DNA of 33,501 nt, from assembly GCA_903897565.1 (NCBI GenBank), contig CAIUCF010000320.1, forward strand, positions 1 through 33,501. Direction: 5' to 3'. Made by a program: the position numbers and the translations under genes. The notes beneath the pieces were generated by a model, which made no database searches, was not told the DNA's origin, and saw only the letters and a program-made list of their open reading frames with translations. Positions 25,133 to 33,501 of this stretch are shown piece after piece (the stretch's first letter is position 1; every line of letters starts with the position of its first letter). The DNA comes from an uncultured Rhodospirillales bacterium. GTDB taxonomy: Bacteria > Pseudomonadota > Alphaproteobacteria > ATCC43930 > CGMCC-115725.

Positions 25133-26587
25133 TCAGAGATCACGACGCCGTGCCCGGAATCGCCAGGCACGTGCAAACAGGGTCGATGCGACCCAGAGCG
25201 CGATCGCCGCGACCGGATAGGCGATCCCGGCGGGGAAGATCACGCCGAATGCGGCGAGGCCGACGAGTACGAGTCCTGCAAGCGAGAGCAGCGGCATCTC
25301 CGTCGGCCCGACATTGCGATGCTGAGCCAGCGTCGCCGAGACCGCGCTGCCGACGCCGACGGCACCGGCGAGGAGTCGTCCGGCGCTACCGGTCCTCCGC
25401 CTCTGGTCGGCACCGTTCCATCGCGGTGCGGCGCTGACCGGACCGACCCGGTGCCCCGTCAACACGATTTCGGTCGCGTTCTCGAGATCCTGTTCGAACA
25501 TGGCCTCCATCTCCGCGGCGAACGCCGGATCGTGAATGGCGATATCGAGCTCGCGATTGGAGATCCAACTCGCCAGGTTCGAGTTGCTGGAGCCGACGCG
25601 CGCCCAACGGCCGTCGGCAACCGCGGTCTTGGCGTGCATCATCGGCCCGTTCCATTCGAACACCCGAACGCCGGCTTCGAGCAGGCCGTGGTAGCCGGCG
25701 CGCGACAGCGAGCCGACCAGCGGCAGATTGGTGATCCCGGGGACGAGCAAGCGGACATCGACGCCCGCCCGGGCGGCCCCGGTCAGCGCCCGGGCATAGC
25801 CGGTCGTAGCCACGAAATAAGCGTCACTGAGCCAAAGCCTGCGCTGGGCGATTTCAGCGACGAGCTGGCCGAGGCGATACAGGCCCATGCTGTCCGGCCG
25901 GCCCGGAATCACCCAAAGATCAAGCGAGCCGGCAACGGCAGCGGGGTGTTCGACGGCCTCGGCGATGGGTGGACCGGCGACCGACCAGCTATCGGCGAAA
26001 GTGGCTTCAAGATGAGCGACCGCCGGACCACGAATCTCGAGCGCCGTGTCACGCCAGGGCGGGACGCCACGTGCGGGATCGCCGAGCCAGTCCTGCGCGA
26101 TGCAGAGCCCCCCGGTGAAAGCGATCGACCCGTCCACGCATAGGAGCTTGCGATGGTCACGGCTAACCCAGCCCAGAGGATTTGCGAGACTCGGCGGATT
26201 GTAGCAGCGGACTTCGACACCGCTTGCGCGCAGCCGTGACCAGAAGGCCGCTGACGTCCAGCGGCGGCTCCCCATCCAATCATAGAGCACGCGACAGCGA
26301 ACACCCCGGCGAGCGGCGGCTTCGAGCGCCGCGGTGAATTGCCGGCCGAGACCATCATCGGCCAGGATATAGTTTTCGAGATGGACGCTTCGACCGGCTC
26401 GCTCGATCGCCGCGAGCCAAAGCGGAAAATTCTCCGTGCCGTCGCGAAGCAGGCGCACGGCATTGCCCGAGACCTCGCTCGCCTCGGCGACCCGCGAGAA
26501 GGCGCTTCCCGCCAACGCGTCGAGGGCTGCCAGCCCCTGTCGCTCCGCGCGTTCGACTGGAACAGACCCGTTCAACCGATCAGGCAT
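25133..26587 (-). CDS. Phospholipase D / cardiolipin synthase family protein (ClsB-like) with a C-terminal double transmembrane segment
   Basis: Two HKD motifs, 'HRKLLCVDGSIAFTGG' and 'HAKTAVADGRWARVGSSN'. C-terminal hydrophobic stretches 'LLSLAGLVLVGLAAFGVIF' and 'YPVAAIALWVASTLFA'. Confidence 0.85.
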   Translation of the reverse strand: MPDRLNGSVPVERAERQGLAALDALAGSAFSRVAEASEVSGNAVRLLRDGTENFPLWLAAIERAGRSVHLENYILADDGLGRQFTAALEAAARRGVRCRVLYDWMGSRRWTSAAFWSRLRASGVEVRCYNPPSLANPLGWVSRDHRKLLCVDGSIAFTGGLCIAQDWLGDPARGVPPWRDTALEIRGPAVAHLEATFADSWSVAGPPIAEAVEHPAAVAGSLDLWVIPGRPDSMGLYRLGQLVAEIAQRRLWLSDAYFVATTGYARALTGAARAGVDVRLLVPGITNLPLVGSLSRAGYHGLLEAGVRVFEWNGPMMHAKTAVADGRWARVGSSNSNLASWISNRELDIAIHDPAFAAEMEAMFEQDLENATEIVLTGHRVGPVSAAPRWNGADQRRRTGSAGRLLAGAVGVGSAVSATLAQHRNVGPTEMPLLSLAGLVLVGLAAFGVIFPAGIAYPVAAIALWVASTLFARAWRFRARRRDL

Positions 26588-26762
26588 CCCATTCTCGCAC
26601 CATGATTTTCCCTATCGACCGGCCCATGCGCCCTTCCGTCACCGCGCCATTTTGTCGCAGCCATTTCACGCATGCCACAGGCGCCTCGACTATTCGCTAT
26701 CGGGTAACGATATCGGCGCTATCTTGGCATACCTCAACGATGAAAGCCCTGCATTCCGTTCG

Positions 26763-27788
26763 ATGACCTGGGGAAAACAAAAATCACTGCTGGTCGTCCT
26801 CCTGGTGCTCGGTTTCGCCGCGCTCGGCCATGCCTTCGTGCCCCTGCCCCGACCGCCGGTGACTGTCTACGGCTCGCATATCATCGCAAACGTGGAGATG
26901 CCGAGCCTCGCGCTCGGCCACCCGATACCGGTCACCCTCTATATCCCCGATAAGGCGGCGATGGCTTCCGGCCCGCTACCCGTCATCATCCTCCTCCATG
27001 GAGTCAACAGCCAGGGCATGGATTGGGTAACGCGCGGCCAGATCCAGGCGACCCTCGACCATCTGATCGCCGGCCGCCGGATGCCGCCGGTGATCGTCGC
27101 GATGCCCTCGACCGGCACCAGCTGGTACGTCGATTCAGCGGATATCGGCGGCCCGGGAAACTACGAGACGGCGATCGGCAGTGAATTGCCGGCCTGGCTG
27201 TCCGCGCATTGGAACGCGCGTTCCGATCGCGACGGCAAGGCCATCGCCGGATATTCGATGGGTGCTTTCGGCGCCCTTCATATCGCGTTCAAACACCCCG
27301 AGGATTGGGCAGCGGCGGGCTCGCTGAGCGGGACGTTCCTGACAGTGGTCGGCAACCAGGCCGCCATCCCGGCGCTCAACCGCCGCCTGATCGCTGGCGC
27401 ATTCGGGACTCCTTTCAATCGTGACCGCCTCCTCAAGGCAAGCCCAGTCACACTCGCGCGGGCGCTGCGGCCGCGCGAGCGCCCCGCTCCCGCGGTCTTC
27501 ATCGGCTGCGGCAAGCGCGATCAGCTGCATCTGAGCGCCGAGACCAACGGCATGATCGACGAGCTCCATCAGCTCGGGATCCCGCTCGCTACCGACATCA
27601 TCGACGGCGGGCATGACTGGAAGACCTGGAAGCAGCTGCTCCCCGATGCGCTGGTCTTCATCGGCGACCATTTCGACCAGACGACGCGGTCGGATCGTAC
27701 CGTCGCGGCGTCGACGACGACGAATACCGAGGCTCCGGTGAGCCCCGGACAGTCCGCCTCGCTCCCCCGACCGCACATCATTCCTTGA
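26763..27788 (+). CDS. Secreted esterase (esterase D / PF00756-like alpha/beta hydrolase)
   Basis: ATG at 26763 gives the signal peptide 'MTWGKQKSLLVVLLVLGFAALGHA'. 'PVIILLHG', nucleophile elbow 'GYSMGAFGA', and a distal 'GGHDW'. The upstream part of ORF 26436.. overlaps the PLD gene start region. Confidence 0.75.
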   Translation: MTWGKQKSLLVVLLVLGFAALGHAFVPLPRPPVTVYGSHIIANVEMPSLALGHPIPVTLYIPDKAAMASGPLPVIILLHGVNSQGMDWVTRGQIQATLDHLIAGRRMPPVIVAMPSTGTSWYVDSADIGGPGNYETAIGSELPAWLSAHWNARSDRDGKAIAGYSMGAFGALHIAFKHPEDWAAAGSLSGTFLTVVGNQAAIPALNRRLIAGAFGTPFNRDRLLKASPVTLARALRPRERPAPAVFIGCGKRDQLHLSAETNGMIDELHQLGIPLATDIIDGGHDWKTWKQLLPDALVFIGDHFDQTTRSDRTVAASTTTNTEAPVSPGQSASLPRPHIIP

Positions 27789-29374
27789 CCTACGCCCTCC
27801 GGCACCGGCCGGGCGCCCGCGCGCCGGGAACAGGCGACATCACCGTCGCGCTGGGCTTTTTCATCCTCGCCCTCGCCACACGCTATGTCAGCTTCCACCG
27901 CAGCGTCATCGACTGGGACGAGAGCCTGTATTTTCTGATGGCCGAGGCCTGGCGCGCCGGCCATCTGCCCTATACGACTATCTGCGACAACAAGCCGATC
28001 GGCATCTACGTGATCTTCGCCACCTTCCAGTCATTGTTCGGCGACAGTGTCGGATCGATGAGGCTCGCGGCGGTGACGGCGGTTTCGGCTACCGCGTTCG
28101 GACTCTACCGGCTCTATCTGGCCATCATGGCCGCCGGGGGCGAGCCGCCTGACGGCGGAAACCTGCGGGCGCGGCTGCCCGCCGTCGTCGCCGGCGTCCT
28201 GTATCTGCTTGCGTCGACCCGGGACGGCGGGATGGCGGCGAATACCGAACTCTTCATCGCCCCTCTGATCTGCGGCGGGCTGCTCTTCGCGCTGTCGTCG
28301 CGGAAAGGCCCCGCGCCGGTCTTCGTCTCGGGGCTGCTGTTCGGCCTCGCCTTCATCGTCAAATATGTCGCGATCTTCGAGTTCGCGGCGCCGCTGCTCG
28401 CGCTGACGATGCTCCGCACGCGCGCGCCAGCGACGCCAGGGCCGACGCGCGCCATCGGGTTGTTCGCGGCCGGGGCAGCGATCCCGCTCGCGGCGTGCTT
28501 CGCCCTCTATGCCTGCGCCGGGCGTGCCGCAATCTTCGTCTCGGCAAGCCTGGTCGCCAACACGCGCCGGCTCGACATGCCGTTTTCCGTCGATCTCGCG
28601 CATCGCGCGTTCCACGACCACGCCGTGGCCTTCCTCCTTCCCTATTGCGCCTTCGTGTTGCTCCTCGTGCCGCTGATCCGCGGTATCGCGGCGGCCCAGG
28701 ATGCCGAGGCGCGACGACGCGACGGCGTCATCGCCGCGGTCTTGCTGCTCTGGGTCGCCGGCGCTCTGGTCGGCACGGCTTCCGCCAAGTCGTTCTATCC
28801 GCATTATTTCCTGCAACCCTTGCCGGCGCTGTGTCTCACCGCGGTCTGGATTGCCGGGCGCGCCCTGCCGTTTCGTGGCGTTACCGGCTTCGCCATGACT
28901 CTCGCCCTGTTGGTTCAACCGGTGTCGGGCGCGCACGACGCGATTGCCGAGACCTGGGATCCGATCAGACTCGACCAACCCGGGATCGGCTGGTTGCGCG
29001 ACGAACCAGCCCGCATCGCCGCCGATCTGCGGCCGGCTCTGGCCGGCCTCTCCGGAACTCCGCTCTATGTGGTCGACTATCAGCCAATCCTCTACAGCCT
29101 GACCGCGGTGCCGGCGCCGACCCGGTTCGCGTTCCCGTCGTTCATCATCGGCCGTTTCCTGTCACGCGTCGTCGCGATCGATGCCCCGGCCGAATTCGCC
29201 GAAATCGCGGCGAAGCGGCCCCATTTCATCATCCGCGATCGCGTCCGCCACCCGAGCGCCGAGCGCGACAATCTGGAGGTCTATGTTGCCCTCGCTGCCT
29301 TGCTCGACACTCAGTATCGCATCTGGAAGACCTACCCCACCGCGGTCGTCTACCGGCGGCGCGACGATCCGTGA
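27785..29374 (+). CDS. GT-C fold membrane glycosyltransferase (ArnT/PMT_2-like), copy 1
   Basis: A polytopic membrane protein. First-loop motif 'DWDESLYFLMAEAWRAGHLPYTTICDNKPIGIYVIF'. The TTG start at 27785 overlaps the esterase stop (TTGA). Confidence 0.75.
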   Translation: MTYALRHRPGARAPGTGDITVALGFFILALATRYVSFHRSVIDWDESLYFLMAEAWRAGHLPYTTICDNKPIGIYVIFATFQSLFGDSVGSMRLAAVTAVSATAFGLYRLYLAIMAAGGEPPDGGNLRARLPAVVAGVLYLLASTRDGGMAANTELFIAPLICGGLLFALSSRKGPAPVFVSGLLFGLAFIVKYVAIFEFAAPLLALTMLRTRAPATPGPTRAIGLFAAGAAIPLAACFALYACAGRAAIFVSASLVANTRRLDMPFSVDLAHRAFHDHAVAFLLPYCAFVLLLVPLIRGIAAAQDAEARRRDGVIAAVLLLWVAGALVGTASAKSFYPHYFLQPLPALCLTAVWIAGRALPFRGVTGFAMTLALLVQPVSGAHDAIAETWDPIRLDQPGIGWLRDEPARIAADLRPALAGLSGTPLYVVDYQPILYSLTAVPAPTRFAFPSFIIGRFLSRVVAIDAPAEFAEIAAKRPHFIIRDRVRHPSAERDNLEVYVALAALLDTQYRIWKTYPTAVVYRRRDDP

Positions 29375-29577
29375 TCGGCCTGCGACGAACGTGAAGCGCG
29401 GCGTATCAGCAACCAGACGGCTCTGCTATCATTGGTAGGTTTTCGAGTCCGATCCGGAGATTCCGCGCTGCCGGGCGCGCCGCACATCAAGCATTCCAGG
29501 GTGCCACGCTGAAGCAAGTCGCTTTCATCCTTCTCATCCTGGCGGTCTGGACCGGGCTCTACATCCCCAATCTCGGG

Positions 29578-31125
29578 TTGCCCGCGTTTTCCGGGATGGA
29601 GGGGTTGCGCTACTCCGTGGCCAAGGAAATGCTCGTCCACCGCGACTGGCTGCACCTGTATTTCAACGGAGATCCCTATTTCAACAAGCCGCCGCTGACG
29701 ATGTGGCTGATCGCGCCGATGATCGCGCGGGTCGATGAGATCGACGAATTCAGTGCGCGGCTGCCTTTCGCCCTGTCGATGCTGGCAATGGCCCTGGTGT
29801 CCTTCACGGTCACCGCCCGCTGGCTGTCCCCTGGTCGAGCGACGATCGTGGCGCTGTTGCCGCTGACGACGATCGGCGCGCTGCGTTTCGGGCGGGCCTG
29901 CGAGATCGACGGGCTGTTCGCGGTGTTCTTTGTCGTCGCGGTGGTGCTGTGGAGCGATATCTGGCTCTCGCAGTCGCGGCGGCCGAGATCTTCGTTGCTG
30001 CTCGGCCTGACGATCGGCCTCGGCGGGCTGTGCAAGGGCCCGCTGATCCTGGCGCTGATCGGGCTGTTCTGTGCGCTCGTCACCCTCCATGCCCGGGACT
30101 GGAGACGCCTGCCGCTGAAAGCCCTGTGCATCGGTGCGGTGATCCCGCTGGTGTGGGTCGTCGCCCTCTACGCCGGCGGCCTCGGCCATACTGCCGTCGC
30201 GACCTGGAGCCATGAAATGGCGATGCGCTTCGACCCCCATGTCGTTCCCGCGTCGGAGCCACCCTGGCTCGTACAGGTGCTCTGGGCCTTCTCGCTGACC
30301 CTGCCGTGGTCGCTGCTCTACCCGCTGCTCTACCTGCCGCACCTCCTGCCGGAGGATCGCGTCGTCGGCGCCTTGCTGCGCGGCGGGCGCGACGCCGGAA
30401 GCTTGAGCTTTCTCGCGATCGTGTTCTGGCCGGGTCTGCAATATCAGTATTTCGTGCCGATCGGCTTGCTCATGGCCCTGGAGATCGCGGTCGTGATCGT
30501 GACCTTACCGATGGGGGTAGGGACCCAGCTTGCTCGCGGCCTTCGCCTGGTGACGATATCTTTGACGCTGTTCCTCGGCGTCGCCAGCCTCGCAGTTGCC
30601 GGATTCACCGATAATGTCGGCGCAGGCCTCGCGGGCGTGGCCGGACTCCTGATCAGCCTGACGCTCGTGCGGACGCCGTCGCGCCAGGCAAGTGCCGCAG
30701 CAGAAGCCCGACGCGCGCTCGTCGGCATGATCGGAGTCACGGCGATTGCGGTACTCGTGGTGATTCCGCCGCTGAACGGCGTTGCCCAGGACCGCGATAT
30801 CGGCGTCAGGCTACGCGGCATGGTGCCCGCGGGAGAGAAGGTCTTCTGCCCGTTCTCGATCGACAATCTCGCAACCTATATCGAGCGACCGGTGCTGATC
30901 TACGTCCCGGAACTGCGCCAGGACCATCTCTACGCGATCCTGCGTGAGGCGGATGTCGTCAGCCTGCGTGGCTCGACCACCCTCGCGGTCGAGGATCTGC
31001 TGCCGTTCCGCTATCTCTCAGGCTGGCGGCGCGAACCGGAAGCTCTGCATCTCGTCCGCCTGACGACCCGGGACATCGGCCAGTTCGTCAAGCCCTCGGA
31101 CCTGCGTGGCCATCTGCAGTCCTGA
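29578..31125 (+). CDS. GT-C fold membrane glycosyltransferase (ArnT/PMT_2-like), copy 2; the true start is possibly upstream
   Basis: 'MEGLRYSVAKEMLVHRDWLHLYFNGDPYFNKPPLTMWLIAPM' is the canonical ArnT-type first periplasmic loop. Many TM segments follow. The frame is open upstream to 29395 and encodes a TM-like helix there (see finding). Confidence 0.75.
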   Translation: MPAFSGMEGLRYSVAKEMLVHRDWLHLYFNGDPYFNKPPLTMWLIAPMIARVDEIDEFSARLPFALSMLAMALVSFTVTARWLSPGRATIVALLPLTTIGALRFGRACEIDGLFAVFFVVAVVLWSDIWLSQSRRPRSSLLLGLTIGLGGLCKGPLILALIGLFCALVTLHARDWRRLPLKALCIGAVIPLVWVVALYAGGLGHTAVATWSHEMAMRFDPHVVPASEPPWLVQVLWAFSLTLPWSLLYPLLYLPHLLPEDRVVGALLRGGRDAGSLSFLAIVFWPGLQYQYFVPIGLLMALEIAVVIVTLPMGVGTQLARGLRLVTISLTLFLGVASLAVAGFTDNVGAGLAGVAGLLISLTLVRTPSRQASAAAEARRALVGMIGVTAIAVLVVIPPLNGVAQDRDIGVRLRGMVPAGEKVFCPFSIDNLATYIERPVLIYVPELRQDHLYAILREADVVSLRGSTTLAVEDLLPFRYLSGWRREPEALHLVRLTTRDIGQFVKPSDLRGHLQS

Positions 31126-31163
31126 GCCCGAACCCAGAACTGCAAATTAAGCCGGCATGAGCC

Positions 31164-32777
31164 TCAGTGGGCGATCTTGGCGAAGAAGTCGTTGCCCTTG
31201 TCGTCGGTGATGACGAAGGCCGGGAATTTTTCGACTTCGATCTTCCACACCGCTTCCATACCGAGCTCGGGGTAATCAAGCACCTCGACCTTGCGAATCG
31301 CGTCGAGTGCGAGCCGGGCCGCAGCACCGCCGATCGAGCCGAGGTAGAACCCGCCATAGGCCTTGCAGGCATTCGTGACGGCCGCGGACCGATTGCCCTT
31401 GGCGAGGGTCACGAGGCTCGCGCCCTGCGACATCAGGAAATCGGCGTAGGAATCCATGCGGCCCGCAGTGGTCGGACCGAACGAGCCAGAGGCCATGCCG
31501 TCCGGCTTCTTCGCCGGGCCGGCGTAGTAGATCGGATAGCGGCGCGTATAGTCGGGCAAGGGCTCGCCGCGCTCGACCACTTCACGCCAGCGCGCATGGG
31601 CGATGTCGCGGGCAACGATCAGCGGCCCGGTCAGGGACAGCCGTGTACCGATCGAACACTGGCTGAGGACCTCGCGGATCTTCTCCATCGGCTGGTTGAG
31701 ATCGATTTCGATGGTCTCGGCGCTGAGTGAGCTGTCCTCGATCTCCGGCAGGAAGCGGGCCGGATCGGTCTCCAGCGCCTCGAGCCACACGCCCTCGGCG
31801 TTGATCTTGCCGAGGATCTGGCGGTCGGCGCTGCACGAGACACCGATGCCGATCGGCAGGCTCGCGCCATGGCGCGGCAGCCGGATCACGCGGACGTCAT
31901 GGCAGAAATACTTGCCGCCGAACTGCGCGCCGATGCCGAGCTCGCGGGTGATCTTCAGGACCTCCTGCTCGAATTCGATGTCGCGGAAGGCACGGCCGGA
32001 GCGGTCGCCCGTGGTCGGCAGCGAGTCGAGATAACGGGTGCTGGCGAGCTTGACCGTCTTCAAGGTCTGCTCCGCCGAAAGGCCGCCGATCACGATCGAC
32101 AGATGGTAAGGCGGGCAGGCCGAGGTGCCGAGGGTCGCTGTCTTGTCGGCGAAGAACTTCGCCAGCGATTTCGGGCTAAGCGTCGCCCGCGTCTCCTGGT
32201 AGAGGAACGTCTTATTGGCGGAGCCCCCGCCTTTGGCCATAAACAGGAAATGGTACTCGTCGCCGGGCTCGGCCAGGATATCGATCTGCGCCGGCAGATT
32301 GGTGCCGGTATTGACCTCCTCATACATCGAGAGCGGCGCCATCTGGCTGTAGCGGAGATTGCCGTCGGCGTAGCTGCCGCGAATGCCCTCGCTCAAGTAG
32401 GCGGTATCGTCGGCCCCGGTCCAGACCTGCTCGCCCTTGTGTGCGACGACAATCGCCGTGCCGGTATCCTGGCACATCGGCAGTACCCGGCCTGCCGCGA
32501 TCGTGGCGTTCTTGAGCAGTTCCAGCGCGACGAAGCGGTCATTGGAGGACGCCTCGGGATCGGAGAGGATCGCCTTCAGCTGGCCGAGATGCCCGGGCCG
32601 CAAGAGGTGGGAGACGTCGTCAAGCGCCGCGTGGGCAAGAGTCGAAAGCGCCTTCGGATCGACCTTCAAAACCCGTTTGCCGGCAAAATTCTCGACGGAC
32701 ACGTAATCGCTGGTCAGCAGCCGATAGGGCGTCTCATCAGCGCCGAGCTGGAACAGGTGATGAAAACCCTCGGTCAT
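31164..32777 (-). CDS. fumA: Class I (Fe-S) fumarate hydratase
   Basis: ATG at 32777 (MTEGFHHLF...). '[12 protein letters not shown]', '[11 protein letters not shown]', 'GPTTAGRMD' and 'GNRS' are typical of fused alpha/beta class I fumarases. 537 aa. Confidence 0.9.
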   Translation of the reverse strand: MTEGFHHLFQLGADETPYRLLTSDYVSVENFAGKRVLKVDPKALSTLAHAALDDVSHLLRPGHLGQLKAILSDPEASSNDRFVALELLKNATIAAGRVLPMCQDTGTAIVVAHKGEQVWTGADDTAYLSEGIRGSYADGNLRYSQMAPLSMYEEVNTGTNLPAQIDILAEPGDEYHFLFMAKGGGSANKTFLYQETRATLSPKSLAKFFADKTATLGTSACPPYHLSIVIGGLSAEQTLKTVKLASTRYLDSLPTTGDRSGRAFRDIEFEQEVLKITRELGIGAQFGGKYFCHDVRVIRLPRHGASLPIGIGVSCSADRQILGKINAEGVWLEALETDPARFLPEIEDSSLSAETIEIDLNQPMEKIREVLSQCSIGTRLSLTGPLIVARDIAHARWREVVERGEPLPDYTRRYPIYYAGPAKKPDGMASGSFGPTTAGRMDSYADFLMSQGASLVTLAKGNRSAAVTNACKAYGGFYLGSIGGAAARLALDAIRKVEVLDYPELGMEAVWKIEVEKFPAFVITDDKGNDFFAKIAH

Positions 32778-32860
32778 GGCAAACTCCCGGCAACTCTCGA
32801 AAATGACGGCTGAGGGATAGCCCCGAGAGGCCTCGCGGCGCAAGCGTCTCTCGCGAAACC

Positions 32861-33501
32861 CTACTGCGCGGCCTTGGGCAGGTAATTGGCGATGTCGACC
32901 GCGTCGAGCTGCTCCGGGAGCAGGTAGAGCTCGGCGTAATGCCGGTATACGCCCGACGTCAGGAAGAATTCGAACAGATCCGGGTCGATATGGCGGTCCT
33001 TGACCATGAAGGACATGATCTTGAGCGCTTCCGAGAGCTTCTTGGCCGGTTTGTAGGGGCGGTCGCGCGCCGTCAGCGCCTCGAAGATGTCGGCGATCGC
33101 CATCATGCGCGCCGGGATGCTCATCTCGTCGCGCTTCAACCCCTTGGGATAGCCGGACCCGTCCATCTTCTCGTGATGGCCGCCCGCGATCTCCGGAACG
33201 CGGCGCAGGTTGCGCGGCAGCGGCAGGGATTCGAGCATGATGATCGTCTGCACGATATGATCATTGATATGGAAACGGTCCTCGGCCGTGAGCGTACCCC
33301 GGGAGATTGCGAGGTTGTAGATCTCGCCGAGATTGAACTTCTGCTCCGGCACCGGAATCTTGAAGCCCCAGGGATTATCGGGGCCGATCGGCGGCTTGCT
33401 GTGGGCGATGACATGCTCCGGCTTGTCTTCAAGCAGGTGCTCGACGGCCGGCACGGAAACGCTGTGCGCCGTCTTGCGCGCCTTTTCCTCCCAGGCGAGT
33501 C
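32861..33501 (-). CDS. HD-GYP domain protein (probable c-di-GMP phosphodiesterase); the 5' part is outside the window
   Basis: '[16 protein letters not shown]', '[23 protein letters not shown]'. The frame remains open from 33454 to the window edge (..[21 protein letters not shown]). The HD..GK motif expected upstream is not in the window. Confidence 0.8.
   Translation of the reverse strand, partial: LAWEEKARKTAHSVSVPAVEHLLEDKPEHVIAHSKPPIGPDNPWGFKIPVPEQKFNLGEIYNLAISRGTLTAEDRFHINDHIVQTIIMLESLPLPRNLRRVPEIAGGHHEKMDGSGYPKGLKRDEMSIPARMMAIADIFEALTARDRPYKPAKKLSEALKIMSFMVKDRHIDPDLFEFFLTSGVYRHYAELYLLPEQLDAVDIANYLPKAAQ

Noticed and set aside
29350-30441. 363-aa minus-strand ORF rich in R/Q/D/H/P. The same class includes 28031..28978, 25085..26143, 31869..32813, 5810..6463, 6810..7502, 10487..11104 and 11046..11618.
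   Set aside because: These are antisense shadows of membrane glycosyltransferase, PLD, fumarase, kdsB, pheA and kinase genes. Their composition is incompatible with real proteins.
1-33501. Search by eye for CRISPR arrays, IS elements or transposases, integrases, phage genes, toxin-antitoxin pairs or known defence-system hallmarks.
   Set aside because: I found no regularly spaced repeats, terminal inverted repeats, DDE or tyrosine recombinase motifs, or defence-type ATPase or nuclease pairs. The PLD + EEP pair looks like the conserved clsB-ybhP lipid module rather than a defence nuclease pair.

Overview
This is a high-GC chromosomal window of 33.5 kb. Gene content suggests an alphaproteobacterium, possibly Hyphomicrobiales-like: cycM-kdsB-pheA synteny, HisN-type histidinol phosphatase and a TIGR02300 'FYDLN_acid' protein. 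I support about 36 protein-coding genes. By eye I found no rRNA, tRNA, CRISPR array, IS element or integrase.

Bases 1-14,000 are mostly housekeeping or envelope genes: a 2OG oxygenase, a C13-peptidase lipoprotein, an M17 aminopeptidase, hisN, cycM, kdsB, pheA, arsC, nudC, a CHASE3 hybrid histidine kinase, thpR and an aldo-keto reductase.

The most unusual part is 14,063-23,533. A pseG/pseH pair (pseudaminic-acid pathway signatures) is split by a private acyl-building cassette: a KAS III, an SDR ketoreductase, a dedicated ACP and an alpha/beta hydrolase. The same stretch holds one intact Rieske oxygenase and a reciprocally degenerate 'split' Rieske oxygenase pair. It ends with a TPR + GT41-like (SPINDLY/OGT-type) glycosyltransferase. 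The core genes pseB, pseC, pseF and pseI are absent from the window. I interpret this as a candidate, apparently undescribed tailoring and transfer system for an N-(hydroxy)acylated, possibly further oxygenated, nonulosonic-acid-type sugar.

Bases 23,500-33,500 carry a small orphan ORF, the FYDLN_acid protein and a PLD/cardiolipin-synthase + EEP pair. They also carry a secreted esterase coupled to two tandem ArnT/PMT-like GT-C glycosyltransferases, a class I fumarate hydratase and a truncated HD-GYP gene.

Many long ORFs in the six-frame track are antisense shadows typical of high-GC DNA and were rejected. All functional calls rest on motifs read from the translations. No database search was run.
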